Origin: Kiloniellales bacterium
GTDB taxonomy: Bacteria > Pseudomonadota > Alphaproteobacteria > Kiloniellales > JAKSBE01
Direction of reading: 5' to 3'
Assembly: GCA_028282935.1 (NCBI GenBank)
Contig: JANQGU010000036.1
Location: 1,406 to 65,405 of the forward strand
DNA: 64,000 nucleotides
In this document: positions 1-11,280 of the stretch, piece after piece
How the letters are laid out: every line of letters begins with the position of its first letter
How positions within the stretch are numbered: the first letter of the stretch is position 1
Notes under the pieces: generated by a model
Seen by the model: the letters and a program-made list of their open reading frames with translations, nothing else
Told to the model about the DNA's origin: nothing
The model's database searches: none
Position numbers and translations under genes: made by a program

Positions 1-905
1 TCATGATCCGCAAGATGGTCGAGGCGGTCGAGGAGATCCATCCGCGGATCCCGGTCTGCCTGCACCAGGACCACGGCAACGACGAGGCGACCTGCTTCTC
101 CGCCATCCAGCAGGGCTTCACCAGCGTCATGATGGACGGTTCGCTGGAGGCCGACGCCAAGACGCCGGCCAGCTACGACTACAACCTCGCGATTACGCGG
201 AAGGTGACGGAGACCGCCCACGCCGTCGGTGTCTCGGTCGAGGGCGAGCTGGGCTGCCTCGGCTCCCTGGAGACCGGCGAGGGCGAGCAAGAGGACGGCC
301 ACGGCGCCGAGGGCAAGCTCGACCGCGATCAGCTTCTGACCGACCCCGACCAGGCGGTGGACTTCGTCGCCAAGACCAAGGTCGACGCCCTGGCCATCGC
401 CATGGGCACCTCGCACGGCGCCTACAAGTTCTCGCGCAAGCCGGACGGCGAGATCCTGGCCATGGAGGTGGTGCAGGCGATCCACGAGCGGCTGCCCAAC
501 CTGCACCTGGTGATGCACGGCTCCTCCTCGGTGCCGCAGGAGCTGCAGGAGGTCTTCAACGGCTATGGCGGCGAGATGCCCCAGACCTGGGGCGTCCCGG
601 TCGAGGAGATCCAGCGCGGCATCCAGTTCGGCGTGCGCAAGGTCAACATCGACACCGACTGCCGCCTCGCCATCGCCGGCCAGCTCCGCAAGGTGGCCCA
701 GGAGAACAAGGCGGAGTTCGACCCGCGCAAGTTCCTCAAGCCCTCGATGGAGGCGATGCAGCGGATCTGCCGGGACCGCTTCGAGCAGTTCGGCGCCGCC
801 GGGCAGGCGGCGCGGATCACGCCCCTGCCGACCGCGGCCATGGCCGAACGCTACCGCGCCGGCGCGCTCGACCCGCAGGTCGCGCCCTCGACCCGCGCGG
901 CCTGA
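1..905 (+). CDS. cbbA: Class II fructose-1,6-bisphosphate aldolase (Calvin-cycle type), 5' end outside window
   Basis: Frame-3 ORF open from window edge to TGA 903-905; class II FBA motifs ([25 protein letters not shown]); directly upstream of cbbLSX. Confidence 0.9.
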   Translation, partial: MIRKMVEAVEEIHPRIPVCLHQDHGNDEATCFSAIQQGFTSVMMDGSLEADAKTPASYDYNLAITRKVTETAHAVGVSVEGELGCLGSLETGEGEQEDGHGAEGKLDRDQLLTDPDQAVDFVAKTKVDALAIAMGTSHGAYKFSRKPDGEILAMEVVQAIHERLPNLHLVMHGSSSVPQELQEVFNGYGGEMPQTWGVPVEEIQRGIQFGVRKVNIDTDCRLAIAGQLRKVAQENKAEFDPRKFLKPSMEAMQRICRDRFEQFGAAGQAARITPLPTAAMAERYRAGALDPQVAPSTRAA

Positions 906-2411
<1,506 letters not shown>

Positions 2412-2422
2412 GGAGACCCGAC

Positions 2423-2848
2423 ATGCGTATCACCCAAGGCGCCTTTTCCTTCCTGCCGGACCTGACGGACGAGCAGATCACCAGCCAGGTCGCCTACTGC
2501 CTCGAGAAGGGCTGGGCGGTGAACCTGGAGTTCACCGATGATCCTCATCCCCGGAACACCTACTGGGACATGTGGGGCCATCCCATGTTCGAGGTCGCCG
2601 ATCCCGCCGCCGTGCTCTACGAGCTGAAGGAGTGCCGCAAGGTCTATGGCGACAGCCACTACATCCGCCTTTCGGCCTTCGACGCCAGCCACGGCTGGGA
2701 GTCGGTGAAGCTGTCCTTCATCGTCAACCGCCCGGCGAGCGAGGAGGCCGGCTTCCGGCTGCAGCGGAGCGAGGGCGCCGGCCGCAACATCCGCTACACC
2801 ACCCAGCCCTACGCGACCGGGAAGCCCGAGGGCGAGCGCTACCGTTAG
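2423..2848 (+). CDS. cbbS: RuBisCO small subunit (red-type)
   Basis: ATG 2423, 11 nt after cbbL stop, GGGAGA SD; 141 aa [19 protein letters not shown]...; lies in same frame inside ORF-track entry 1151..2848; long C-terminal tail as in red-type small subunits. Confidence 0.93.
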   Translation: MRITQGAFSFLPDLTDEQITSQVAYCLEKGWAVNLEFTDDPHPRNTYWDMWGHPMFEVADPAAVLYELKECRKVYGDSHYIRLSAFDASHGWESVKLSFIVNRPASEEAGFRLQRSEGAGRNIRYTTQPYATGKPEGERYR

Positions 2849-2857
2849 GAGGCCGAG

Positions 2858-3808
2858 ATGACCAGCGCCGAGCCTGCGGCGGCGGCCGAGACGGCGATCG
2901 ACCTCAGGGCCGAGTACGAGAGCTCCGGTGCCAAGGAGGTGCTGGAGGAACTGGAGCGCGACCTCATCGGCCTGGAGCCGGTGAAGAAGCGGATCCGCGA
3001 GACCGCGGCGCTGCTGCTGGTCGAGCGGGCGCGGGGCCGCCTCGGCCTCGCGCACCAGACGCCGACCCTGCACATGTCCTTCACGGGCAATCCGGGCACC
3101 GGCAAGACCACCGTGGCGATGAAGATGGCCGACCTCCTGCACCGCCTGGGCTACGTGCGCAAGGGCCACCTCGTGACCGTGACCCGCGACGACCTGGTCG
3201 GCCAGTACATCGGCCACACGGCGCCCAAGACCAAGGAGATCCTGAAGAAGGCCATGGGCGGGGTGCTCTTCATCGACGAGGCCTACTACCTCTACCGGCC
3301 GGAGAACGAGCGCGACTACGGCCAGGAGGCGATCGAGATCCTGCTCCAGGTGATGGAGAACCAGCGCGACGACCTGGTGGTGATCCTGGCCGGCTACGCC
3401 GACCGCATGGAGCGCTTCTTCGAGAGCAATCCCGGCTTCCGCTCGCGCATCGCCCACCACATCGACTTCCCGGACTACAGCGACGACGAGCTCTTCCGGA
3501 TCGCCGGGCACATCCTGGCGGAGCAGAACTACGGCCTGACCCCGGCGGCCGAGGCGGCGCTGAAGGACTACATCCGCGAGCGCCGGAAGCAGCCGCACTT
3601 CGCCAATGCGCGCTCGATCCGCAACGCCCTGGACCGGGCGCGCCTGCGCCAGGCCAACCGGCTCTTCGAGTCCGCCGAAGGTCCGCTCGATGCCGCCGCG
3701 CTCTCGGCCATCGACGAGGCCGACATCCGGGCCAGCCGGGTGTTTCGGGGCGGTCTCGCTGCGGACCGTGGCGGGGAGGGGACCGGGGATGGGAGTGGTG
3801 CGTCTTGA
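2858..3808 (+). CDS. cbbX: CbbX, AAA+ activase of red-type RuBisCO
   Basis: 316 aa; Walker A GNPGTGKT, Walker B VLFIDEAY; position immediately after cbbS. Confidence 0.93.
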   Translation: MTSAEPAAAAETAIDLRAEYESSGAKEVLEELERDLIGLEPVKKRIRETAALLLVERARGRLGLAHQTPTLHMSFTGNPGTGKTTVAMKMADLLHRLGYVRKGHLVTVTRDDLVGQYIGHTAPKTKEILKKAMGGVLFIDEAYYLYRPENERDYGQEAIEILLQVMENQRDDLVVILAGYADRMERFFESNPGFRSRIAHHIDFPDYSDDELFRIAGHILAEQNYGLTPAAEAALKDYIRERRKQPHFANARSIRNALDRARLRQANRLFESAEGPLDAAALSAIDEADIRASRVFRGGLAADRGGEGTGDGSGAS

Positions 3809-4545
3809 CGGCGGTCATCTTCGATCTTGACGGGACCTTGGTGGACAGCGCGCCCGACCTGCAGGCCGCCGCCAACGGGATGCTGCGCGAGGCCGGCCTC
3901 CCGGCGCTCGACCTGGAGACCGTGACGAGCTTCATCGGCAACGGGATCGCCAAGCTGGTGGAACGCTGCTTCGCCCGCCACGGTGAGCGGCCCGACGACC
4001 TGCCGGTCCAGGTGGCGCGCTTCCAGCAGCTCTACGAGGCCGAAGGCCACGCGCGCACCTCGCTGATGCCCGGCGCCGCGGCCGCGCTGCGCGAACTGGC
4101 CGGCCAGGGTGCGCTGCTCGGGCTCTGCACGAACAAGGATACGGCGCCGGCCTCGGCGATCCTGCGCAAGTTGGGCGTCGCGCCGCTCTTCCACGCCGTG
4201 ATCGGCGGCGACAGCGGCCTGCCCAAGAAGCCCGATCCCGCGCCTCTGCTGCACTGCGCGGCGAAGTGCGGCGCCGCGGCGGAAAACGCGGTCTTCGTCG
4301 GCGACAGCGGGATCGACGCCGAGACGGCCGCGGCCGCCGGCCTGCCCTTCCTGCTCTACACCGAAGGCTACGGCGGCGGGGGCCGCGATGCCGTCGCGCC
4401 GGAGGCCGCCTTCGGCCGCTTCGCGATGCTGCCGCGCCTGGTTGCCGCCTTGCCTTCGGGATCCTCAGGGCCGGGATCTTCAGGGCCGGGATCTTCAGGA
4501 CAGGGGCCGGCAAGCCTGCGGGCCGACACCCGGTCCCTTAACTGA
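3805..4545 (+). CDS. gph: Phosphoglycolate phosphatase (HAD family)
   Basis: HAD motifs [27 protein letters not shown] in frame of ORF 2572..4545; only plausible start is TTG 3805 overlapping cbbX stop (TTGA); C-terminal SSGP-repeat tail. Confidence 0.8.
   Translation: MTAVIFDLDGTLVDSAPDLQAAANGMLREAGLPALDLETVTSFIGNGIAKLVERCFARHGERPDDLPVQVARFQQLYEAEGHARTSLMPGAAAALRELAGQGALLGLCTNKDTAPASAILRKLGVAPLFHAVIGGDSGLPKKPDPAPLLHCAAKCGAAAENAVFVGDSGIDAETAAAAGLPFLLYTEGYGGGGRDAVAPEAAFGRFAMLPRLVAALPSGSSGPGSSGPGSSGQGPASLRADTRSLN
4458..4507. repeat. 15-bp tandem repeat x3 (gggatcYtcagggcc) at 3' end of gph
   Basis: gggatcctcagggcc / gggatcttcagggcc / gggatcttcaggaca read directly; encodes [18 protein letters not shown]. 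Confidence 0.9.
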
Positions 4546-4635
4546 TCGGGAGCCCGCGATCGACTTCGCCCCGTCTTCCCCGGCCTTACCCGGAGGCCCG
4601 ATTTGCGCTAGGTGTAGAGCAAGGCGGGGGGATCC

Positions 4636-5730
4636 ATGGAAGCCGAGATCGTCGGTCGACGCGGCAAGGGGCTCTCCGAGACGGGAGCCCTCGGGGCCGG
4701 CGTCTTGGTGGCGCTGCTTCTCGGCCTGTCGGGCTGCGTGACCATCCCGTCGAACACCGGGTTGCCGCTGCAGTTCGAGGCCGCCGAGCGGCCGGCGGCG
4801 GCCAGCGACTATCCCAATTGGCCCGGCCCGCCGGAACTCGTGGAGACCCGCCTGCGGGAGAGCCTGAGGTCCGCGGACTTCGAGCTGCTGGAGTCCCGGC
4901 GCACGGCCGAGGGCAGCTCCGGCGCGCGCACGGTCAGCCTCTCCTTCCCCCAAGCCGCCGAGGGCCCCAAGGAGGTCCGCTTCAAGTGGAAGCAGATGCC
5001 GCGCGGCACCCTGGACCAGCACAACGACAGCCCGCGCCGGCAGATCGCGGCCTACGAGCTGCAGAAGCTGTTCCTGGACCCCGAGGACTACGTGGTGCCC
5101 ACGGCCCTGGCCTACTGCGTCCCGGTCTCGAAGATCGAGGACGCCTCGCGCGCGCCGCTCCGGCCGACGCTGCCGGACTCCTCCTGCGTGCTGGGCCTGG
5201 TGCAGGTCTGGCTGAACGAGGTGACCTCCAGCGACAGCCTCTACGAGGAGGCGCGCTTCGTCTCGGAGCCGACCTACGCCTACTACCTGGCCAACTTCAA
5301 CCTCTTCACCTATCTCAGCGACTTCGCCGATCCCAAGAAGAGCAACTTCCTGGTCTCGAAGGAGCCGGAGCGGCGCCAGGTCTTCTGCTTCGACAACGAC
5401 ATCGCCTTCGAGGAGCTTTTCCGCCTGCCCTTCGTCGACCGCTGGAACGTGATCTTCGTGCCGGCCCTGCGCCGCGACTCGATCGAGCGGCTGCGCCGGC
5501 TGCGCCGGGCGGACCTCGATCGCCTGGGCGTCGTCGCCCAGCTCGAGAAGGACGCGCGCGGTCTCTACCTCTCGGTGCCGCCGAGCGGGAACCTGTCGCC
5601 CAACGAGGGCGTGCGCATCGGCGGCCGGACCGTCCAGCTCGGCCTGGCCAGGTTCGAGATCGAGGCGGTCTGGCGGCGCATTCGGACCCTTCTCGCGCGG
5701 GTCGACGCCGGCGAGATCCCGCTCTTCTAA
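4636..5730 (+). CDS. Hypothetical lipoprotein with protein-kinase-like catalytic-loop motifs
   Basis: 364 aa; lipobox LLGLSG|C (Cys34); D232-P-K-K-S-N237-F-L-V and F-D253-N-D255 resemble HRDLKPENxLV / DFG; GC3-rich codons. Confidence 0.7.
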   Translation: MEAEIVGRRGKGLSETGALGAGVLVALLLGLSGCVTIPSNTGLPLQFEAAERPAAASDYPNWPGPPELVETRLRESLRSADFELLESRRTAEGSSGARTVSLSFPQAAEGPKEVRFKWKQMPRGTLDQHNDSPRRQIAAYELQKLFLDPEDYVVPTALAYCVPVSKIEDASRAPLRPTLPDSSCVLGLVQVWLNEVTSSDSLYEEARFVSEPTYAYYLANFNLFTYLSDFADPKKSNFLVSKEPERRQVFCFDNDIAFEELFRLPFVDRWNVIFVPALRRDSIERLRRLRRADLDRLGVVAQLEKDARGLYLSVPPSGNLSPNEGVRIGGRTVQLGLARFEIEAVWRRIRTLLARVDAGEIPLF

Positions 5731-5746
5731 ACCCGCCATCCGATCC

Positions 5747-7879
5747 CTACTCGACCCACTCGAGGACGTCGCGCAGGATGCTCCAGCGCGGCCCGCGCGC
5801 GTTCACCCCGCGTCCCAGGATCCAGTGGTCGTAGAGCTCGTCGACCGTCCCGTTCTTCCGCTTCAGGTCGATCCAGTTGTCGAGGAAGTTCTCGAAACGC
5901 GGGTCCGGTCCGCCGAAGGGATAGGTCAGGGGAACCTTGAGCGGCCTCGGGAAGGGGTTGACCACGGTGTAGGAGGGATAGATCAGGGTCCAGGCGGCGC
6001 CCCCTTCGGCGCTGGTCAGCAGGGCGTCCATCTCCCGTCCCGGGGTCTCGAAGAACTGGTTCTCCGACTCCAGCTCCGAGACCTTCGCCGTCGGGAAGTT
6101 CTCCGAGATCTGCTCGGCGAAGACGCTTCGGGCCAGGACGCCGAGGTTGAAGGGGCCGCGCCGGCGGATGGTCCTGAGGTCGGCGAAGTCCTGCTTCAGG
6201 TAGTCGGGCACGACCAGTCCGAAGGTCGCATCCATGTAGGGATCGGTCAGCATCATCTGCGCCGAGCGCCGGGTCGTCGCCGGCACGCCCGACATGGCGA
6301 CGTCGAAGTGATCTCCGGCGAGCTGCTCTGGAAGGGTCGTGACGCTGAAGGGCACGAACTCGATGTCGACGCCGAGGTCGCGGGCCAGGCGATGTGCCAG
6401 GTCGACGTCTAGGCCGACCAGGTCGCCGCCGCGGTTGAGGAAGGAGAAGGGCAGGTGGTCGGGCTGAAAGCCGACGCGGATGACCCCCCGTTCGCGGATC
6501 CGGCTCAGCCTCGACTGCTCCGGCCTCAGGGGCACCGGGTTGGGGAGGGCGCGTTCCAAGACCTTTGCCGGCTGCTCCTGCTGCAGGAGTTGCATGCCGT
6601 CCAGGACCTGCTCCTTGCCGAAGGCCTGGCTCCCGTCGGTGGTCAGGACCAGCCGCGTCGTGCCGATCATCGCGCTGGTGAGCAGCCCGGTGAAGACCAG
6701 CAGGGCGACGAGCTTCATCCGGTTGAAGCGGATCAGTCCGGTGATCACCGAGGTGGTCAGGATCGTGAAGGTCACGAGGTGCATCGCCCCGACCAGATCG
6801 CTCAGGCCGCCGGCGAAGACGCTGGACAGCAGGAAGAGCTGGAAGATGTCCGAAGGCAGCTCCTGCATGTCGAGGAGGAAGGGAATCGTCGTGACCACCT
6901 TGCCGAAGGAAAGGACCAGACCGGTGCCGAGGATCCAGGGGAAGTCCTCGAAGGCCATGGGCGCGCCATAGAACCAGGCGGCGAAGGGGATGAAGACCAG
7001 GGTCAGCACCTTGCCGAGGTGCGGGAAGGGATAGGCGAGGGGAATCACGAAGTCCGGAGAGGGCGAGGTCTCATGGCCCTCCTTGCGGTACTTCTCCATC
7101 AGCTCCCGGATCCCTTCGGCCAGCATCGGGATGACGACGAAGAGGCTCTGCACGACGAAGACGGTGATCAGGGCGTTCTTGGAGACCGCCAGGATGTCCC
7201 GATAGGTGAAGGGCGTGCAGGCGGCGATCAGCATCGGCAGGACCAGGAAGGTCAGGAGGAAGACGCTGAAGGCGAAGGTCAGGAGGTAGGCCTGGAGCCG
7301 GCCGAACTCCTCGAAGCTCAAGGTCCCGGCGGCCGTCGCCGTGATCGCGAAGATGCCGATCGGGCTCATCGCGACGACGAAGCCGTTGACCCGGATCAGG
7401 GTCTCCAGGATGACGTCGAAGTGGCCGAGCAGCGCCTCCTTGCTCTTGACCCGGATCATCGCGACGCCGAACAGCATGCAGAAGATCACGACCGCCGGCG
7501 CGACGTTGTTCGCCAGGGAATGGAAGGGATTGCTCGGCACGAAGAGCTGGATGAAATCGACCGCCTCCGGCGGCTCGATCAGGCTGGTGCTGAAGAAGGC
7601 GCCCATCACCCGGGAGGGTAGCGCGAAGGACATCAGGAAGACCGTGAGCGCGCCGATGCTCCAGAGGACGGCGAGCACCGAGATCGAGACCAGGGCCAGC
7701 CGCCGGCCTTCGGTCAGCGACAGGCGACCGATGCTGGCGATCAGCGAGAAGACGATGTAGGGCAGCACGGTCATCTGCAGCAGGCCGACGTAGACGTCGC
7801 CGATCACCCGCAGGTTCCCGGCATCGTCGCCGAGGAAGAGGCCGCAGGCGAGCCCGGCCAGCAGGGCGGCCAGGATCAT
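5747..7879 (-). CDS. DAACS-like (dicarboxylate/amino acid:cation symporter family) membrane domain fused to C-terminal family-3 periplasmic solute-binding domain
   Basis: Multi-TM N-terminal part (LLQMTVLPYIVFSLIASIG, VAPAVVIFCMLFGVA); C-terminal ~247 aa (5750-6490) SBP-like (IRVGFQPDHLPFSF, LVGLDVDLAHRLARDLG). ORF track starts at TTG 8023; ATG 7879 (MILAALLAGLACG) preferred; start uncertain. Confidence 0.75.
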   Translation of the reverse strand: MILAALLAGLACGLFLGDDAGNLRVIGDVYVGLLQMTVLPYIVFSLIASIGRLSLTEGRRLALVSISVLAVLWSIGALTVFLMSFALPSRVMGAFFSTSLIEPPEAVDFIQLFVPSNPFHSLANNVAPAVVIFCMLFGVAMIRVKSKEALLGHFDVILETLIRVNGFVVAMSPIGIFAITATAAGTLSFEEFGRLQAYLLTFAFSVFLLTFLVLPMLIAACTPFTYRDILAVSKNALITVFVVQSLFVVIPMLAEGIRELMEKYRKEGHETSPSPDFVIPLAYPFPHLGKVLTLVFIPFAAWFYGAPMAFEDFPWILGTGLVLSFGKVVTTIPFLLDMQELPSDIFQLFLLSSVFAGGLSDLVGAMHLVTFTILTTSVITGLIRFNRMKLVALLVFTGLLTSAMIGTTRLVLTTDGSQAFGKEQVLDGMQLLQQEQPAKVLERALPNPVPLRPEQSRLSRIRERGVIRVGFQPDHLPFSFLNRGGDLVGLDVDLAHRLARDLGVDIEFVPFSVTTLPEQLAGDHFDVAMSGVPATTRRSAQMMLTDPYMDATFGLVVPDYLKQDFADLRTIRRRGPFNLGVLARSVFAEQISENFPTAKVSELESENQFFETPGREMDALLTSAEGGAAWTLIYPSYTVVNPFPRPLKVPLTYPFGGPDPRFENFLDNWIDLKRKNGTVDELYDHWILGRGVNARGPRWSILRDVLEWVE

Positions 7880-8046
7880 GGCGAAGCGGCTGGGCCGGGG
7901 CACCTGCCGCAGCCTCGAGGCCCTGCCCGTCTGCTGCTCGGCTTTGTCGGTCACTGCGGATGGTCCTTCCCGTCGGATCGAGCCTATACCGCGATCCGAC
8001 CGGATCAGGTGTCCTGAATTCAATGATCGGCGTCAAGCCGGGGCGC

Positions 8047-8060
8047 TTGACTTTGGTCAT
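8047..8060. promoter_or_regulatory. FNR/Dnr/NnrR-type box TTGACtttgGTCAT
   Basis: One mismatch to the TTGAC-N4-GTCAA palindrome; centre ~85 bp upstream of nnrS ATG, in divergent intergenic region. Confidence 0.6.
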
Positions 8061-8138
8061 GGTGACGCCGGGCCATCTCTGGCGGTCTCGTCGTCGTCGG
8101 CTTGTCCGGCGAAGGGGCGCGGCCGCCGCGGGGATCGG

Positions 8139-9353
8139 ATGGGCGAGCGCCTAGATCAAGGGAGCGGGCGCTCGGTGGAGGTGCGGAGAAGAGCCGGTCG
8201 CAGTGTGGGCGCGGTCCTCTTCGCCGAGGGCTTCCGGCCCTTCTTTCTGGCCGCGGCGATTCAGGCCCTGCTCGCGCTGCCGCTCTGGCTCCTGATCTTC
8301 TCCGGCCGGCTCGACCCGCCGCCTGCGGTCGACCCCGCGGCCTGGCACGCCCACGAGATGCTCTTCGGCTACCTTGCCGCGGCGCTCGCGGGCTTCCTCC
8401 TGACCGCCGTGCCCAACTGGACCGGCCGCCTGCCGATCTCGGGGCTGCCGCTGGCGGGGCTCTTCTCGCTCTGGCTGCTCGGCCGCGTGGCGCAGCTCCC
8501 CGGACTCCTGCCCGGGGCGCCGTCGGCCGTCCTCGACGTGCTCTTTCTGCTCGCCCTGGCGGCGGTGATCTGGCGTGAGATCCTGGCCGGCCGCAACCTG
8601 CGCAACCTGCCGATCTGCCTTCTGGTGACCTGCTTCGCCGCCGCCAACGTCGGGTTCCATCTCCTCGCCCGCGAGGGCGATGCGGCCGGCTTCCTGCGCG
8701 GCGGGATCGCCGTCGCCGCCCTGCTGATCGCCCTGGTCGGCGGCCGTGTGGTGCCGAGCTTCACGCGCAACTGGATGGCCAAGCGCGGCGAGGCGAAGCT
8801 GCCGCAGCCCTTCGGCGGTTTCGACAAGGCCTGCCTGGCGGTGACCGCGGCCGCCCTGGCGTTCTGGGTCCTGCAGCCCCTGGGCCGGCCGGCCGCTCTC
8901 CTGATGATCGCGGCGGGTCTTCTCCAACTGCTGCGTCTGCTGCGCTGGCGGGGCTGGCGAAGCCTCGCCGAGCCGCTGGTCCTGGTGCTGCACCTCGGCT
9001 ACGCCTGGCTGCCGCTGGGCCTGCTCCTGCTCGGCCTGGCCGCGCTCGATCCCGAGGCCGTCCCGCAGAGCAGCGGACTCCACGCGCTGACCGCCGGGGC
9101 GGTCGGGCTGATGACCCTGGCGATCATGACCCGCGCCACGCTCGGCCACACCGGCCGGCCGCTGACCGCCGGTCCGGCGACCCAGGCGATCTACGCCCTG
9201 GTCCTGATCGGCGCGCTGCTGCGCGTCGCGGCGCCCTGGCTGCCCTTCGAGCAGACGGCGGTGCTGGTGATCTCGGGCCTGCTGTGGTCCGGCGGCTTCC
9301 TCGGCTTCGTCCTGGTCTACGGGCCGATGCTGCTGCGCCGCAGAGGGGCGTGA
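8139..9353 (+). CDS. nnrS: NnrS family heme/copper membrane protein (NO-stress associated)
   Basis: Polytopic; FAEGFRPFFLAAA, HAHEMLFGY, TAVPNWTG typical of NnrS; ATG 8139 chosen because ORF-track start 7878 would cover the FNR-type box. Confidence 0.85.
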   Translation: MGERLDQGSGRSVEVRRRAGRSVGAVLFAEGFRPFFLAAAIQALLALPLWLLIFSGRLDPPPAVDPAAWHAHEMLFGYLAAALAGFLLTAVPNWTGRLPISGLPLAGLFSLWLLGRVAQLPGLLPGAPSAVLDVLFLLALAAVIWREILAGRNLRNLPICLLVTCFAAANVGFHLLAREGDAAGFLRGGIAVAALLIALVGGRVVPSFTRNWMAKRGEAKLPQPFGGFDKACLAVTAAALAFWVLQPLGRPAALLMIAAGLLQLLRLLRWRGWRSLAEPLVLVLHLGYAWLPLGLLLLGLAALDPEAVPQSSGLHALTAGAVGLMTLAIMTRATLGHTGRPLTAGPATQAIYALVLIGALLRVAAPWLPFEQTAVLVISGLLWSGGFLGFVLVYGPMLLRRRGA

Positions 9354-9374
9354 CGCAAGGCGCGCTGCTGCCGC

Positions 9375-9388
9375 TTGATTTTGGTCAA
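9375..9388. promoter_or_regulatory. FNR/Dnr/NnrR-type box TTGATtttgGTCAA upstream of norC
   Basis: Near-perfect palindrome read directly; centre ~75 bp upstream of norC start. Confidence 0.75.
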
Positions 9389-9455
9389 GGATCGGGCCCC
9401 TGGATCATCCAAGGTTTAGGGCATCGTTTTCTCGAACCCGTCGTCGCAAGGGGCC

Positions 9456-9911
9456 GTGATGCATGATTTCATGACCAAGTCGCGCGCGCGCAACATCTTC
9501 TATGGCGGATCCTTCGCCTTCCTCGCCATCTTCGTCGGCCTGACCGTTCACAGCCACCTCTACATCCTCGAGACCTCGACCGATCACGAGGGCCTGACCG
9601 AGGCGGTCGCCCGCGGCAAGCACGTCTGGGAAAAGCACGCCTGCATCAACTGCCACACCATACTGGGCGAGGGCGCCTACTTCGCGCCCGAGCTGGGCAA
9701 CGTCTGGCAGCGCTACGGCGGACTCGACGACCCCGAGGGGGCACGCGACGCCCTGAAGCTCTGGATGCAGAGCCAGCCGACCGGCATCGAAGGCCGTCGC
9801 CAGATGCCGAACTTCAATCTCAACGACCAGGAACTGAACGACCTGGTCGACTTCTTCGAATGGGTCAGCCGGATCAAGACGCAGGGCTGGCCGCCCAACG
9901 AGGCCGGCTGA
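9456..9911 (+). CDS. norC: Nitric oxide reductase subunit C (membrane c-type cytochrome)
   Basis: 151 aa; ARNIFYGGS N-terminal anchor, CINCH heme-c site, GRRQMPNF; start GTG 9456 or ATG 9459. Confidence 0.95.
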   Translation: MMHDFMTKSRARNIFYGGSFAFLAIFVGLTVHSHLYILETSTDHEGLTEAVARGKHVWEKHACINCHTILGEGAYFAPELGNVWQRYGGLDDPEGARDALKLWMQSQPTGIEGRRQMPNFNLNDQELNDLVDFFEWVSRIKTQGWPPNEAG

Positions 9912-9933
9912 GCGCGGCGGAGGAGAGACCAGA

Positions 9934-11274
9934 ATGAAGTACCAATCCCAGAAGATCGCCCTCTACTACTTCCTCGCCGCCCTGATCCTCTTCGCCTTGC
10001 AGGTGACCATGGGGCTGGTCGCGGGCTGGGTCTACGTCGACCCCGGGTTCCTCTCGGAGACCCTGCCCTTCAACATCCTACGCATGATCCACACCAACAG
10101 CCTGATCGTCTGGCTCATCCTCGGCTTCTTCGGCGCGGCCTACTTTCTGATCCCCGAGGAGGCCGAGCGGGAGATCCATTCGCCGATGCTGGCCTACGTG
10201 CAGCTCGCGATCCTGCTGGTCGGCGCGCTGGGCGCGGTGATCGGCTACGTCTTCGGCATCCACGAAGGCCGCGAGTTCCTGGAGCAGCCGCTCTGGGTCA
10301 AGCTCGGCATCATCGTCGCCGCCCTGATCTTCCTCTTCAACGTGACCATGACCTTCCTGAAGGGGCGCAAGACGGCGATCACCAACATCCTCCTGCTCGG
10401 CCTCTGGGGCCTGGCGATCTTCTTCCTGTTCTCGCTCTACAACCCCTCGAACCTCAGCCTGGACAAGATGTACTGGTGGTACGTCGTCCACATCTGGGTC
10501 GAAGGCGTCTGGGAGCTGATCATGGCCTCGATCCTCGCCTACCTGATGCTGAAGCTGACCGGCGTCGATCGCGAGGTGATCGAGAAGTGGCTCTACGTCA
10601 TCGTGGCGACCGCGCTGTTCAGCGGCCTGCTGGGCACCGGCCACCACTACTACTGGATCGGCACGCCGGGCTATTGGCAGTGGATCGGCTCGATCTTCTC
10701 CAGCCTGGAGGTCGTGCCCTTCTTCGCCATGGTGCTCTTCACCTTCGCCATGGTCTGGAAGGGCCGCCGCGACCACCCGAACAAGGCGGCCTTGCTTTGG
10801 GCCCTGGGCTGCGCGGTGGTCGCCTTCTTCGGGGCCGGGGTCTGGGGCTTCCTGCACACGCTCCACGGCGTCAACTTCTACACCCACGGCACGCAGATCA
10901 CGCCGGCGCACGGGCATCTCGCCTTCTTCGGCGCCTACGTCTCGCTGAACCTGGCGATCATGACCTACGCCTTCCCCATGCTCAGGAACCGAGACCCCTA
11001 CAATCAGGTCCTGAACATGGTCAGCTTCTGGCTGATGACCGGCGGCATGGCCTTCATGACCTTCACCCTGACCTTCGCCGGCGTCGTTCAGACCCACCTT
11101 CAGCGGGTGCTGGGCGAGAACTTCATGGACGTCCAGGAGCAGCTCCAGATCTTCTACCTGATGCGCTTCGGCTCCGGTCTCGCCGTGGTCCTGGGCGCCT
11201 TGCTCTTCCTCTACGCGATCCTCGTCCCGCGCGAGCGTGAGGTGATCTCGCCGATCGCGGCTCCAGCGGAGTAG
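9934..11274 (+). CDS. norB: Nitric oxide reductase subunit B (cNOR catalytic subunit)
   Basis: 446 aa, 12-TM heme-copper-oxidase-like; His ligand contexts HIWVEG, GHHYYW, HGHLAFFGAY; follows norC. Confidence 0.96.
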   Translation: MKYQSQKIALYYFLAALILFALQVTMGLVAGWVYVDPGFLSETLPFNILRMIHTNSLIVWLILGFFGAAYFLIPEEAEREIHSPMLAYVQLAILLVGALGAVIGYVFGIHEGREFLEQPLWVKLGIIVAALIFLFNVTMTFLKGRKTAITNILLLGLWGLAIFFLFSLYNPSNLSLDKMYWWYVVHIWVEGVWELIMASILAYLMLKLTGVDREVIEKWLYVIVATALFSGLLGTGHHYYWIGTPGYWQWIGSIFSSLEVVPFFAMVLFTFAMVWKGRRDHPNKAALLWALGCAVVAFFGAGVWGFLHTLHGVNFYTHGTQITPAHGHLAFFGAYVSLNLAIMTYAFPMLRNRDPYNQVLNMVSFWLMTGGMAFMTFTLTFAGVVQTHLQRVLGENFMDVQEQLQIFYLMRFGSGLAVVLGALLFLYAILVPREREVISPIAAPAE

Positions 11275-11280
11275 GCCTTC

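Noticed and set aside
4458-4507. Tandem 15-bp arrays (here and at 62934-62978) and the 11-bp arrays as CRISPR-like
   Set aside because: The units are contiguous with no spacers, are far shorter than CRISPR repeats, and no cas genes are present.
8149-8160. 12-nt match (reverse complement cttgatctaggc) to the arm of the palindromic repeat, inside the nnrS 5' region
   Set aside because: Only 12 nt match and the flanks do not align, so it could be chance. It does leave some doubt about the exact nnrS start (GTG alternatives lie downstream).
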